Virus record (IMG/VR): IMGVR_UViG_3300048917_000230
Coordinates: 1 to 24,036 of that record
Strand: one strand, 5' to 3'
DNA: 24,036 bases
Source of the DNA: a virus
In this document: piece after piece, positions 7,734 to 15,138 of the stretch
Numbering within the stretch: position 1 is the first letter of the stretch
Layout: each line of letters begins with the position of its first letter
The notes under the pieces: model-generated
Told to the model about the DNA's origin: nothing
Seen by the model: the letters and a program-made list of their open reading frames with translations, nothing else
Databases searched by the model: none
Made by a program: the position numbers and the translations under genes

Positions 7734-9137
7734 ATGCCACCCCCGGCCGGCAGGTTCCTGGTCGCGTTCGACGACCCCACCCTGGAATGGTCACCAACCT
7801 GGACCGCGTTGGACCAGGCGCACCCGTCGCTGGTCACCAGTTACACGATCGACCGGGGCCGCCAATACGAACTCGACCGCACCGACACCGGCAGGGCGAC
7901 CGTCGAGCTCAGGGACCGCGACGGCATCCTCGACCCGACCAACTCGAGCAGCCCGTATTACGGGAAGTTGGAGCCGTTGTTGCAGGCGATGATCGGCCGG
8001 CTCAACCCGATGGACGACGTCTGGTACACGCGTTACCGCGGTTTCATCGAAGACTTCGACTATTCGTTTGACCGGTCGCAACGGGTGAACATGCTGACCG
8101 TTCAACTGGTCGACCTGTTCGAGATCTTGGCGTCGATCGAGCTGCAACCCGGCCAGGCCGGCCAGACACCACCCTTGCAGTCGGAGGGCAACATCTTTTT
8201 CGAGCCCGACATGGTGAACGACCGCATCACCGGCATCCTCGGACCGACGCCACCATCAGGCGCGGGTGTTGGGATCCCCGCCGAGTACTGGGTGGTGTTC
8301 TCCGGCAACGTCGAGGTGTACCAGACCGTCTATAGCCCGGGCGAGAACGTCCTCTCCGTGATTCAGGAGGCGGCCGACGCCGAGTTTCCCGGCGCACCCT
8401 CCAACGTGTACGTCGACCGTTTCGGCCGGCTGGCGTTCCACGGCCGCTACAGCAAGTTCGACCCGGTCGGCGTCCACTCCGGCCTGTCGGATCCGTCGCT
8501 GTGGGAGTTCGTGCAGTGGAAGGTCGGCGACCGCGCCGCCGTCCTGGCGGCGCCGCCAGACCAGATGGCGCAGCTGCGGCGGTTCGCGTTCAACCGCGGC
8601 CTCTCGAAGGTGATCAACCAGGCCACGTCCACCCCGACCGAAGCGCCCCGCGGCACAGCGCTCACCCAGACGGAACTGGCCGCCCAGGTTGTCCAAGACC
8701 TGACGTCACAGGCCAAGTACGGGATCCGGTCCTGGTCGGCGCAGGAGCTGCTGACGCGCCGCCATAAGACAGGCGGCAACACCGACCTGCAGGAGACCAG
8801 GAAGTTCGCCGAGTACTACGTCGCGAACTACGCCCAACCGAGGAACCGGGTGACCGACATCGGGTTTCGCACCGTCCGGCCCGGCGCCGCCGGCGCAGGC
8901 GAAACCTGGGACCTGCTCTCCAGGATGGACATCAGCCATTCCGTGGCGATCACGATCGCGTCACCGGGCGGTGGTGGGTTCAACGCGGAGCCGTTCTTCG
9001 TCGAGGGCGTCCACGAAAACTGCCAGCCATTGGGCCCCGCCTACGACGACGTCACCATGACCTTGGATCTGTCGCCGAAGGCCTATTACGACGAGCCCGG
9101 CAAGTCAATCTTCGACGACGACACGGCCCCCGGCTGA
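7734..9137 (+). CDS. Distal tail protein / phage tail family minor tail protein
   Basis: 467 aa, directly after the tape measure gene. The N-terminus FLVAFDDPTLEWSPTWTAL...YTIDRGRQYELDRTDTGRATVELRDRDG is typical of siphovirus distal tail proteins. Confidence 0.7.
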   Translation: MPPPAGRFLVAFDDPTLEWSPTWTALDQAHPSLVTSYTIDRGRQYELDRTDTGRATVELRDRDGILDPTNSSSPYYGKLEPLLQAMIGRLNPMDDVWYTRYRGFIEDFDYSFDRSQRVNMLTVQLVDLFEILASIELQPGQAGQTPPLQSEGNIFFEPDMVNDRITGILGPTPPSGAGVGIPAEYWVVFSGNVEVYQTVYSPGENVLSVIQEAADAEFPGAPSNVYVDRFGRLAFHGRYSKFDPVGVHSGLSDPSLWEFVQWKVGDRAAVLAAPPDQMAQLRRFAFNRGLSKVINQATSTPTEAPRGTALTQTELAAQVVQDLTSQAKYGIRSWSAQELLTRRHKTGGNTDLQETRKFAEYYVANYAQPRNRVTDIGFRTVRPGAAGAGETWDLLSRMDISHSVAITIASPGGGGFNAEPFFVEGVHENCQPLGPAYDDVTMTLDLSPKAYYDEPGKSIFDDDTAPG

Positions 9138-11014
9138 TGAAGGCTACGAAGCCGATCCTGCACGGCCGCGACCACGTCCCCGGTGGCGCCGACCCGGTGC
9201 CGGGGATGCTGCCCGGCACATCGAGCGACTACCCCGGCTTCGTCCGCGGCAAAGCCAGCCTGCTCGGCTACTGGCGGCTCGGCGAAACCTCGCCGGGCCC
9301 GTTCGCCGACAGCAGCGGCGTCGGCGAACCGGCCGACGCCACCCGGACCACCCCCGGCGCCGTCGCACCCACCTACCACGTGACCGGGGCGCTGACCGAC
9401 AACGACGACGGCGCCTGGCAGCAGAACCACGCCGGCACGTTCGGCGGCCCCTCGGCGAACACTCAGTCGGACTGGTTCGTGACGGCCGCCAGCGTCGACT
9501 CGAAACACAACTTCGCGAGCGGCGAGTCGTACAGCGTCGTGGTGTGGGTGAAGCCGTTCGCGTCCACCTCTGTGTTTCAGGGCGGCATCATCGGCCGCGT
9601 CGCGACGGTTGCGGGCACCCCCGACTTCGAGGGCGGCTGGATCCTGAAGATGTCGTGGCCCGACCTGATCCTGGTCTGGGAACGCGGAACCCAGGCCGAC
9701 GGCGTGAAGACGGTGGCGTCGCCGTCCGGGCTTGCCCCGGACACGTGGGCGTTCGTCGCCGCCACCCACGACGGTGCCGCCCACACACTGAACCTGTACA
9801 TCAACGGCACCCTGGTCGCGACCGGGAGCGCCGGCACCGGCGACATCCCCTACCTGAACCTGGGGGCGCTCGACCTCGGCTCCGGCTACATGGACGCCGT
9901 GCTCGGCACCCCGGCCGGGGCGGCCGCCTACCAGGGGTCGTTCTACGGTGTCCTCGACGAGGCCGCGACGTTCCAGGGTGCCCTCACCCTCGAGGAGGTG
10001 CAGCAGCTGTACGCCGCCGCCCTCTCCGGTGGCGGCCCCGGCGACGTGCTCGGGATCGGCGACGACGGCAACCCGGCCTGGCAGCCGCCCGGCGTCGAGG
10101 TCGAACACGGCGGCGGCGTCCCCGAAGAGAACCCGGTCACGACACCGGGGTTTGCCTATGCGGGGTTTCCGGCCAACCCGTCCGGCTGGCATTACGCCGC
10201 CCACACCGAAACCGCCGTCCTCTACGACTCGGCGCCGGGCCGTTTCGACGTTCCGTCGATGAAGTGGGTGCGGACACCGTTCGACACCGTCCGTATTCAG
10301 CGCCGCTGGGAACTGACCGTCGGCGGGTCGTTCCGGGACGCCTGGCTGCCCGACGACCGCGGCCTGACCGAACACGCCCGCGACGGGCTGTTGCACATCA
10401 CCGCCGACATGGTGTCCGACACCGTCAAGCACATCATCAACGGGTTCTTCGCGATCGAATACCCGGTGCTCGACTATCAGGGTTTGCCGGACTTCACCGG
10501 CGGCGGCATCACAGCCCCCGACGACTACACCCGCGCCGGCCGTGTCCTGAACGCCTCGACCGGGGTTGTTCTGCGTCGGCTGCCCGGCTCTGCGCAGCGG
10601 CGGTTCATGCAGTGGGAGTGGTTCAACGACGCCGACGGGATGGCCGTCAGCGTCCTCTACACCGTCGACAACCCCTACCCGCTCTACCCCGCCTGGCCGG
10701 AGAGGCCGCTGACGTTGCCGCAACCCTATCCGCAGCTCTCCCCGACCGACTCGCTCGCCTACTACACAACCCCGGCCGGCAACCCCGGCTTCAACGACGG
10801 CACCTTCGAGCTCGAGCAGAACCTCGTCGCGGGCGACAACCTCTGTCTGCAGGCCTGGCAGGACTCGCCGTGGCTGCTGCGGTTCAGCACCGACCACTTC
10901 CCGAACTACACCCCGTTCCCGACCGTCGAGGTGTGGCGCCGCCGCCCGTTCCTGGCCGTCACCTACACCTACGACCCCGACAGCGTCGACCACGCCACCG
11001 GAAGGCTCCTCTGA
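9137..11014 (+). CDS. Minor tail protein with LamG/concanavalin-like lectin domain (candidate receptor-binding or tip protein)
   Basis: The N-terminal HGRDHVPGGADP motif is common in actinophage minor tail proteins. Residues ~40-295 (about nt 9254-10020) read LLGYWRLGE...SVVVWVKP...WAFVAATHDGAAHTLNLYINGTLV...FYGVLDEAATFQGALTLEEVQQLY, a LamG_3-like pattern. Confidence 0.7.
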   Translation: MKATKPILHGRDHVPGGADPVPGMLPGTSSDYPGFVRGKASLLGYWRLGETSPGPFADSSGVGEPADATRTTPGAVAPTYHVTGALTDNDDGAWQQNHAGTFGGPSANTQSDWFVTAASVDSKHNFASGESYSVVVWVKPFASTSVFQGGIIGRVATVAGTPDFEGGWILKMSWPDLILVWERGTQADGVKTVASPSGLAPDTWAFVAATHDGAAHTLNLYINGTLVATGSAGTGDIPYLNLGALDLGSGYMDAVLGTPAGAAAYQGSFYGVLDEAATFQGALTLEEVQQLYAAALSGGGPGDVLGIGDDGNPAWQPPGVEVEHGGGVPEENPVTTPGFAYAGFPANPSGWHYAAHTETAVLYDSAPGRFDVPSMKWVRTPFDTVRIQRRWELTVGGSFRDAWLPDDRGLTEHARDGLLHITADMVSDTVKHIINGFFAIEYPVLDYQGLPDFTGGGITAPDDYTRAGRVLNASTGVVLRRLPGSAQRRFMQWEWFNDADGMAVSVLYTVDNPYPLYPAWPERPLTLPQPYPQLSPTDSLAYYTTPAGNPGFNDGTFELEQNLVAGDNLCLQAWQDSPWLLRFSTDHFPNYTPFPTVEVWRRRPFLAVTYTYDPDSVDHATGRLL

Positions 11015-11400
11015 TGGAGCAGGGGATCGTTGAGATCGTCCGGCTGTACCTGGGGCGGGGTTTGCGCGGCGAACCGTTCGGCGTCGACGACGAGAAACTC
11101 GAGATGTCCGTCGACCTCCTGGATCTCGGCGAAGAGCTCGACGTCGCGCTCGACTACCTCGGCCACCACCTGACCGGCACCCTGGCCGCCAGGCCTGCCG
11201 CCGGGCTCGTCCCTATCGGGGCCCTGTACGCGGCCGACGACGGCAACATCTACCAGTCCGACGGCGCCGCCTGGACCGTCTGGACGACAGCCGGCAACCC
11301 GGCCAACGACAGCCAGGTCTGGATGCCGCTCGTCGACAGCGACGGCACCTGCGTCCTCGACAACACCGGCCTGATCCCAACCCTGATCACGCTCGCCTAA
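11014..11400 (+). CDS. Minor tail protein (128 aa)
   Basis: The ATG overlaps the upstream stop by 1 nt. It carries the RPAAG...GALY...DGNIYQSDGAAWTVW motif shared with the next fibre gene. Confidence 0.6.
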   Translation: MEQGIVEIVRLYLGRGLRGEPFGVDDEKLEMSVDLLDLGEELDVALDYLGHHLTGTLAARPAAGLVPIGALYAADDGNIYQSDGAAWTVWTTAGNPANDSQVWMPLVDSDGTCVLDNTGLIPTLITLA

Positions 11401-11411
11401 AGGAGCCCGCG

Positions 11412-12416
11412 ATGACAGCGACGACGTTCATAGGGCATTTCCTCGGCCCCGACGTCCACGCCTCCAGGCCAGCCGCCGCCGGGCTGCCCGAAGGAACGAT
11501 GTACGTTTGCACCACCCACGCCAAGATCGAACGCATCGTCACCGGTAGCTGGGTCGACTACGCCAGCCTCGCCGGAACCGAAACGCTGCCCGCCTCGATC
11601 CTCGACGCCAAAGGCGACCTGATCGCCGCCTCCGCCGCCGACACCGCCGCAAGGTTGCCCGTCGGTAGCAACAACCAGGTGCTGACCGCCGACTCAGCCC
11701 AAACCCTTGGCGTCAAGTGGGCGACCCCCGCCACCGCCCCCGGTGTGACGGCCGACACGATCTGGGACACCAAAGGCGACCTGGCCGTCGCAACCGCCGC
11801 CGACACCGCCGCGAAGCTGCCGGTCGGCAGCAACGGCCAGGTGCTGACCGCCGACTCGACACAGACGACCGGTGTCAAATGGGCTGCCGCCGCCGGGGCC
11901 TCGGGCGGGATGACGAAGCTGTTCGACTCCACCCTGGGCGCCGACGCCGCCACGATCGACACCGGCGCCGGCGGTGTCGCCGCCGGAAACGCCGCCCTGC
12001 AGATCCTCATCTACGCCCGCGTCACCACCGCCGGCCTCCCGAACGACCCGATCGGGATCAGGTTCAACAACGACACCTCAGGCAACTACCGGTACAGCTA
12101 CATCCGCAACAACTTCAACGCCATCACCGGCAACACCGGGTCAGGAACCTACTGGGAGCTGCTCGCCCCGGCCGCGACAGCGTCCGCCGGCGTGTTCGCG
12201 TCCTACCAGATCAGCATCCCGAACTACGCCAACACCAGCTTCCGCAAAGCGATCCAGTGCCAGGACGGCTTCGCGGACTCGGGCGGGTACGGCTGGGTGT
12301 TCTCCCGCACCTGCATGTGGGAGAACACGGCGGCGCTCAGCCGGGTCGCCGTCTACGTCCCCGGCGGCGCCAACCTGGCCGCCGGCTCCCGCATGACGAT
12401 CTTCGGACTCAACTAG
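11412..12416 (+). CDS. Tail fibre protein with two 40-aa internal repeats
   Basis: AAAGGAG RBS upstream. It has two copies of D(A/T)KGDL...AADTAA(R/K)LPVGSN.QVLTADS.QT.GVKWA. It is the last gene of the tail module, just before the lysin. Confidence 0.75.
   Translation: MTATTFIGHFLGPDVHASRPAAAGLPEGTMYVCTTHAKIERIVTGSWVDYASLAGTETLPASILDAKGDLIAASAADTAARLPVGSNNQVLTADSAQTLGVKWATPATAPGVTADTIWDTKGDLAVATAADTAAKLPVGSNGQVLTADSTQTTGVKWAAAAGASGGMTKLFDSTLGADAATIDTGAGGVAAGNAALQILIYARVTTAGLPNDPIGIRFNNDTSGNYRYSYIRNNFNAITGNTGSGTYWELLAPAATASAGVFASYQISIPNYANTSFRKAIQCQDGFADSGGYGWVFSRTCMWENTAALSRVAVYVPGGANLAAGSRMTIFGLN
11604..11723 (+). repeat. Fibre coding repeat, copy 1 (120 nt / 40 aa)
   Basis: Aligned by eye with 11766..11885. 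31 of 40 residues are identical. Confidence 0.9.
11766..11885 (+). repeat. Fibre coding repeat, copy 2 (120 nt / 40 aa)
   Basis: In frame, 162 nt downstream of copy 1. Confidence 0.9.
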
Positions 12417-13339
12417 TGAACTGGTGGGAGACCGGCTACCCGGGCGCACCGATGGTCAAGGTCGCCGGCTTCCCCCGACCGCTCTACCCCCCAGATGCGG
12501 CCCGGTACGGCAAACGCCCGTCGATTGACGGCCCTGACGTCGAAGCGTACAAACGCACCGTCAGCCGTGCCGGGCGTTGGCGGTGGCAGCAATTCGACGA
12601 CTCCTACTCGAACAGCTTCGCGCACGGTAAGGCGGGCGGGCATGTCGCCGACACCGGCATCGCAGGTGTGCAACGGCAGCAGAAGATCGACGACACCGGA
12701 TGGGTCGGCAAAACCACCTTCAACACGTTGCGCTCGATCCTGATCCCCGACGAGCTGCCGCACGCGGGCGAGCCCGCGATGGACGCGGTGGCGGTCGAGT
12801 TGATCGCCGAAGCATGGGCGAGGTTCGAAGGTCACGAGCCCGCACCGCCCTCCATGGGCACCGTCAGGGGGGCGGCGCTCGAGCGGGCCAACACGCAGAT
12901 CGGTGTCACCGAGCAGCCACCCAACTCCAACCAGTGCCTCTACACCGACTGGTACGGGATGGTCGGCCCGTGGTGCGCCATGTTCGCCACCTGGTGCTTC
13001 GAGCTGGGCGCGAACGACATAGGGGAAGACTCCCCGTCCTTCGTCCGCGGCCAACGCTACGCCTACGTGCCGTACATCGTCGCCGACGCCCGCGACGGCC
13101 TCCACGGCCTCACCACCACCGACGACCCCCGCCCAGGCGACCTGGTCTGCTTCGACTGGGCGTGGGACACCGTCTACGACCACGTCGGCCTCTTCGAAAG
13201 CTGGCTCGAAACAGGGCTGTTCTCCACGATCGAGGGGAACACCAGCCACGCCGACCAGTCGAACGGCGGCGAAGTCATGCGCCGCCAACGCTCCCTCGGC
13301 ACTCAGGGAACGGTGTTCGTCAGGGTCGCCGAACCATGA
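12416..13339 (+). CDS. Endolysin: N-terminal peptidoglycan-binding-like domain plus C-terminal CHAP peptidase/amidase
   Basis: CHAP-type motifs GPWCAMFATWCF (Cys), PGDLVCFDW...DHVGLFES (His) and TIEGNTS. The N-terminal part GPDVEAYKRTVSRAG...GVQRQQKIDDTGWVGKTTFNTL resembles PG_binding_1. The start is GTG 12416 or ATG 12452. Confidence 0.8.
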   Translation: MNWWETGYPGAPMVKVAGFPRPLYPPDAARYGKRPSIDGPDVEAYKRTVSRAGRWRWQQFDDSYSNSFAHGKAGGHVADTGIAGVQRQQKIDDTGWVGKTTFNTLRSILIPDELPHAGEPAMDAVAVELIAEAWARFEGHEPAPPSMGTVRGAALERANTQIGVTEQPPNSNQCLYTDWYGMVGPWCAMFATWCFELGANDIGEDSPSFVRGQRYAYVPYIVADARDGLHGLTTTDDPRPGDLVCFDWAWDTVYDHVGLFESWLETGLFSTIEGNTSHADQSNGGEVMRRQRSLGTQGTVFVRVAEP

Positions 13340-13500
13340 TCCCGATCGGGGTGACGACGATCCCCGACGAGGCGCTGATCACGATCAACAGCCTCGAGAT
13401 CCTCGGCATCATCTACCTCGCCGTCGCCGTCTCCAAGCTGCGGGAACGGATCGCCCGCATCGAAGGCAAAACCGAGCAACGAGAACGCGACCAGCTGTGA
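13336..13500 (+). CDS. Holin-like small membrane protein (54 aa)
   Basis: ATGA overlap with the endolysin stop. It has one hydrophobic helix (LEILGIIYLAVAV) and a charged C-terminus. Confidence 0.6.
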   Translation: MIPIGVTTIPDEALITINSLEILGIIYLAVAVSKLRERIARIEGKTEQRERDQL

Positions 13501-13691
13501 TCGCCTACTTCGACACCGTCGAAACGATCACCTCAGGTGTCGTCGTGTTCTTCGCGCTGATCGCGTTGATCACGATCATCCGGATCATCCTGCGGCGTGA
13601 GGAGACGTCGTGGCGGGGCATCCGCGTCGGGTTCTTCATCGAACGACACGGACACCCCCGCCACGACACCGATGAAGACGGCGAGCTCTAG
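13497..13691 (+). CDS. Holin-like small membrane protein (64 aa)
   Basis: GTGA overlap with the upstream stop. It has one helix (VVVFFALIALITIIRIIL) and a charged, acidic C-terminus. Confidence 0.6.
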   Translation: MIAYFDTVETITSGVVVFFALIALITIIRIILRREETSWRGIRVGFFIERHGHPRHDTDEDGEL

Positions 13692-13813
13692 CGGCTCAAG
13701 TGCCAATCGCGGAAGACATACACGGCTGTCCACGCGGCCAACGTCAGCCAGACCCAACCGATGATCCACTGCATGTGGTGGGCGGCCAACCACAGCAGAA
13801 CCGTAAGCGTCAT
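13688..13813 (-). CDS. 41-aa Trp-rich membrane peptide (below the ORF-track size cutoff)
   Basis: Hand translation gives MTLTVLLWLAAHHMQWIIGWVWLTLAAWTAVYVFRDWHLSR. The ATG overlaps the upstream TAA by 1 nt (TAATG). GC3 is high. Its stop overlaps the convergent holin-like gene stop. Confidence 0.55.
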   Translation of the reverse strand: MTLTVLLWLAAHHMQWIIGWVWLTLAAWTAVYVFRDWHLSR

Positions 13814-14163
13814 TAGAAGATCCTCGTCCAGCCCGACTTGCGCAGGCTCTTGGCGAGCAGCGGACAGGCGACCGCCCCGTACACCGCGTTAGGCGACCTG
13901 ACCGTCGCGACCGCGGCGCCGCTGCCGTACTCGAACCCGCATCTGGCGGCGCCCCGTGGACTGGTGTAGATCCGGACGAGCGAGCCCTTCGCGCCGACCC
14001 CGACCTCGTCGCAGGCAACCCGGGCGGCGGCACCGGTCATCGTCATGTAGATCGGAAAGCCGGTCATCTTGTAAGTGCAGCCGGCGCCAGCCGATGCGGC
14101 CGGTGCGGCCGACACGGCGATCAGGGCAGCGACGGCCACGGCAAGGATTGCGAGGTACTTCAT
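13813..14163 (-). CDS. Secreted small protein with four Cys (signal peptide, 116 aa); moron candidate
   Basis: The internal ATG at 14163 is preceded by AAAGGAG. The N-terminus MKYLAILAVAVAALIAVSAAPAASA-GAGC is a Sec-type signal. The mature part has 4 Cys. I recognised no family. Confidence 0.7.
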   Translation of the reverse strand: MKYLAILAVAVAALIAVSAAPAASAGAGCTYKMTGFPIYMTMTGAAARVACDEVGVGAKGSLVRIYTSPRGAARCGFEYGSGAAVATVRSPNAVYGAVACPLLAKSLRKSGWTRIF

Positions 14164-14327
14164 GGTGCTCCTTTGTCCCAGTTCCCGCCGGCCTCCATGC
14201 CGACGGTTCACCGGCCACAGTAGACGAGCCCGCCGGCGGAATGACCTACCGAAACGTCTAAACCGTGACGGGCTACTCTGCCGGTTCGGCCTGGCCGCCG
14301 TGCGTCCCAGTACGGCGCCGGGCCGAC

Positions 14328-14624
14328 CTACTCGTCGTTCTTGTTGTTGTGCGCGGCGAGTTCCTCACGGATGATCTCCCGCAGCCGCTGCTCGCCGACG
14401 CCGCCGACGGTCTGGTCGCCGTACAGAAACCATTCCTCCGGCTTGTTCATCAGGCGGCCTAGCTCCCGTAGGTGGCGGTAGGGGATAGTGGTGCCGGCCT
14501 CGTAGTCCTGCAGTGACCGTTTCGAGAACGACGCCATCGCGGCCAACTCGTCCTGAGTCAGCCCGCGCTCGTTTCTGGCCTGCCTGATCCGGGCGCCGAT
14601 CGCGTCGGCGTCGAACTGCTGCAT
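14328..14624 (-). CDS. XRE-family HTH repressor (CI-like), no peptidase domain
   Basis: IGARIRQARNERGLTQDELAAMASFSKRSLQDYEAGTTIP is a classic HTH_XRE motif. It is divergent from a Cro-like gene. The start is taken at Met27 of ORF 14328..14702; the longer start remains possible. Confidence 0.8.
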   Translation of the reverse strand: MQQFDADAIGARIRQARNERGLTQDELAAMASFSKRSLQDYEAGTTIPYRHLRELGRLMNKPEEWFLYGDQTVGGVGEQRLREIIREELAAHNNKNDE

Positions 14625-14754
14625 GAGCAGAAATCTGCGGAAGTTGCGCCCGTTTGTCGCCGCAGATACTTGCGCCGCCCGAGTTCTGCGCTTACCCTGC
14701 ATCTTTGCTGCATATCAATACCGCCGCAGCTTTTCTGCGTCAAGGGTGGGGACG
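14625..14754. promoter_or_regulatory. Divergent immunity-switch region with three GCAG-N4/5-CTGC-type imperfect palindromes
   Basis: AGCAGAAATCTGCG (14626-14639), CGCAGATACTTGCG (14661-14674) and CGCAGCTTTTCTGCG (14725-14739) have A/T-rich centres. There is an AT-rich core, CATATCAATA, at 14711-14720. I could not assign promoters with confidence. Confidence 0.5.
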
Positions 14755-14973
14755 ATGACGTTGATGGGCTTCACCGAGGAACTAGGCAAGCGCGTCAAGG
14801 CGCGACGCGTCAGCCTGCACCTCAGCCAACGCGAAGCCGCCCAGCAACTCGGGATCTCCGAACGCACCCTGCAGAACTGGGAAGCCGGCACGACGATCCC
14901 CTGGCCGAAACACCGGCGGCTGCTCGAGCGGTTCCTCCAGGAAGACCCACCCGCCGAGGTGTCGCACGGCTAG
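14755..14973 (+). CDS. Cro-like XRE-family HTH protein (72 aa)
   Basis: Internal ATG 14755 of ORF 14623..14973. LGKRVKARRVSLHLSQREAAQQLGISERTLQNWEAGTTIP is an HTH_XRE motif. The gene is divergent from the repressor. Confidence 0.75.
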   Translation: MTLMGFTEELGKRVKARRVSLHLSQREAAQQLGISERTLQNWEAGTTIPWPKHRRLLERFLQEDPPAEVSHG

Positions 14974-15002
14974 ACCATGCAAGCCGTCGTCACGACCCGT
15001 TC

Positions 15003-15062
15003 GGGCTATTTACCTCCACCCCGCTGGACGACTACCATCCATGCCGACAACACAAATAGCCC
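15003..15062. repeat. Inverted repeat GGGCTATTT ... AAATAGCCC (9 bp arms, 42-bp spacer) between cro-like gene and int
   Basis: Read directly. The segment is AT-richer and contains a TTA codon if read as coding. A third copy of the motif lies at 16497-16507. Confidence 0.7.
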
Positions 15063-15138
15063 CCGCACCGCAGCAACGGCCGGGGGCAGGCACAGAAGGG
15101 TTGATCTTCCATGCGCCAACGATCTTACGACGCAGCTC

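Noticed and set aside
9086-10993. 635-aa minus-strand ORF antisense to the LamG tail protein gene
   Set aside because: The translation is Arg/Gly/Pro/Val-rich low complexity, typical of an open off-frame in GC-rich DNA. The + strand frame has recognisable motifs and fits the operon.
11604-11885. CRISPR-like or other non-coding tandem array
   Set aside because: The repeats are in frame inside a fibre gene, 120 nt long and diverged at synonymous and non-synonymous positions. They are not short identical repeats with spacers.
14625-14702. 26-codon N-terminal extension of the repressor (start at 14702)
   Set aside because: The extension (MQGKRRTRAAQVSAATNGRNFRRFLL) is basic low complexity and would bury the operator-like palindromes. 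HTH_XRE proteins normally start about 10 residues before helix 1, as with Met27.
14977-15138. N-terminal 54-codon extension of the integrase ORF
   Set aside because: GC3 is lower and the stretch contains a TTA codon and the AT-rich inverted repeat. The conserved integrase N-domain begins after Met55. The longer start cannot be fully excluded.
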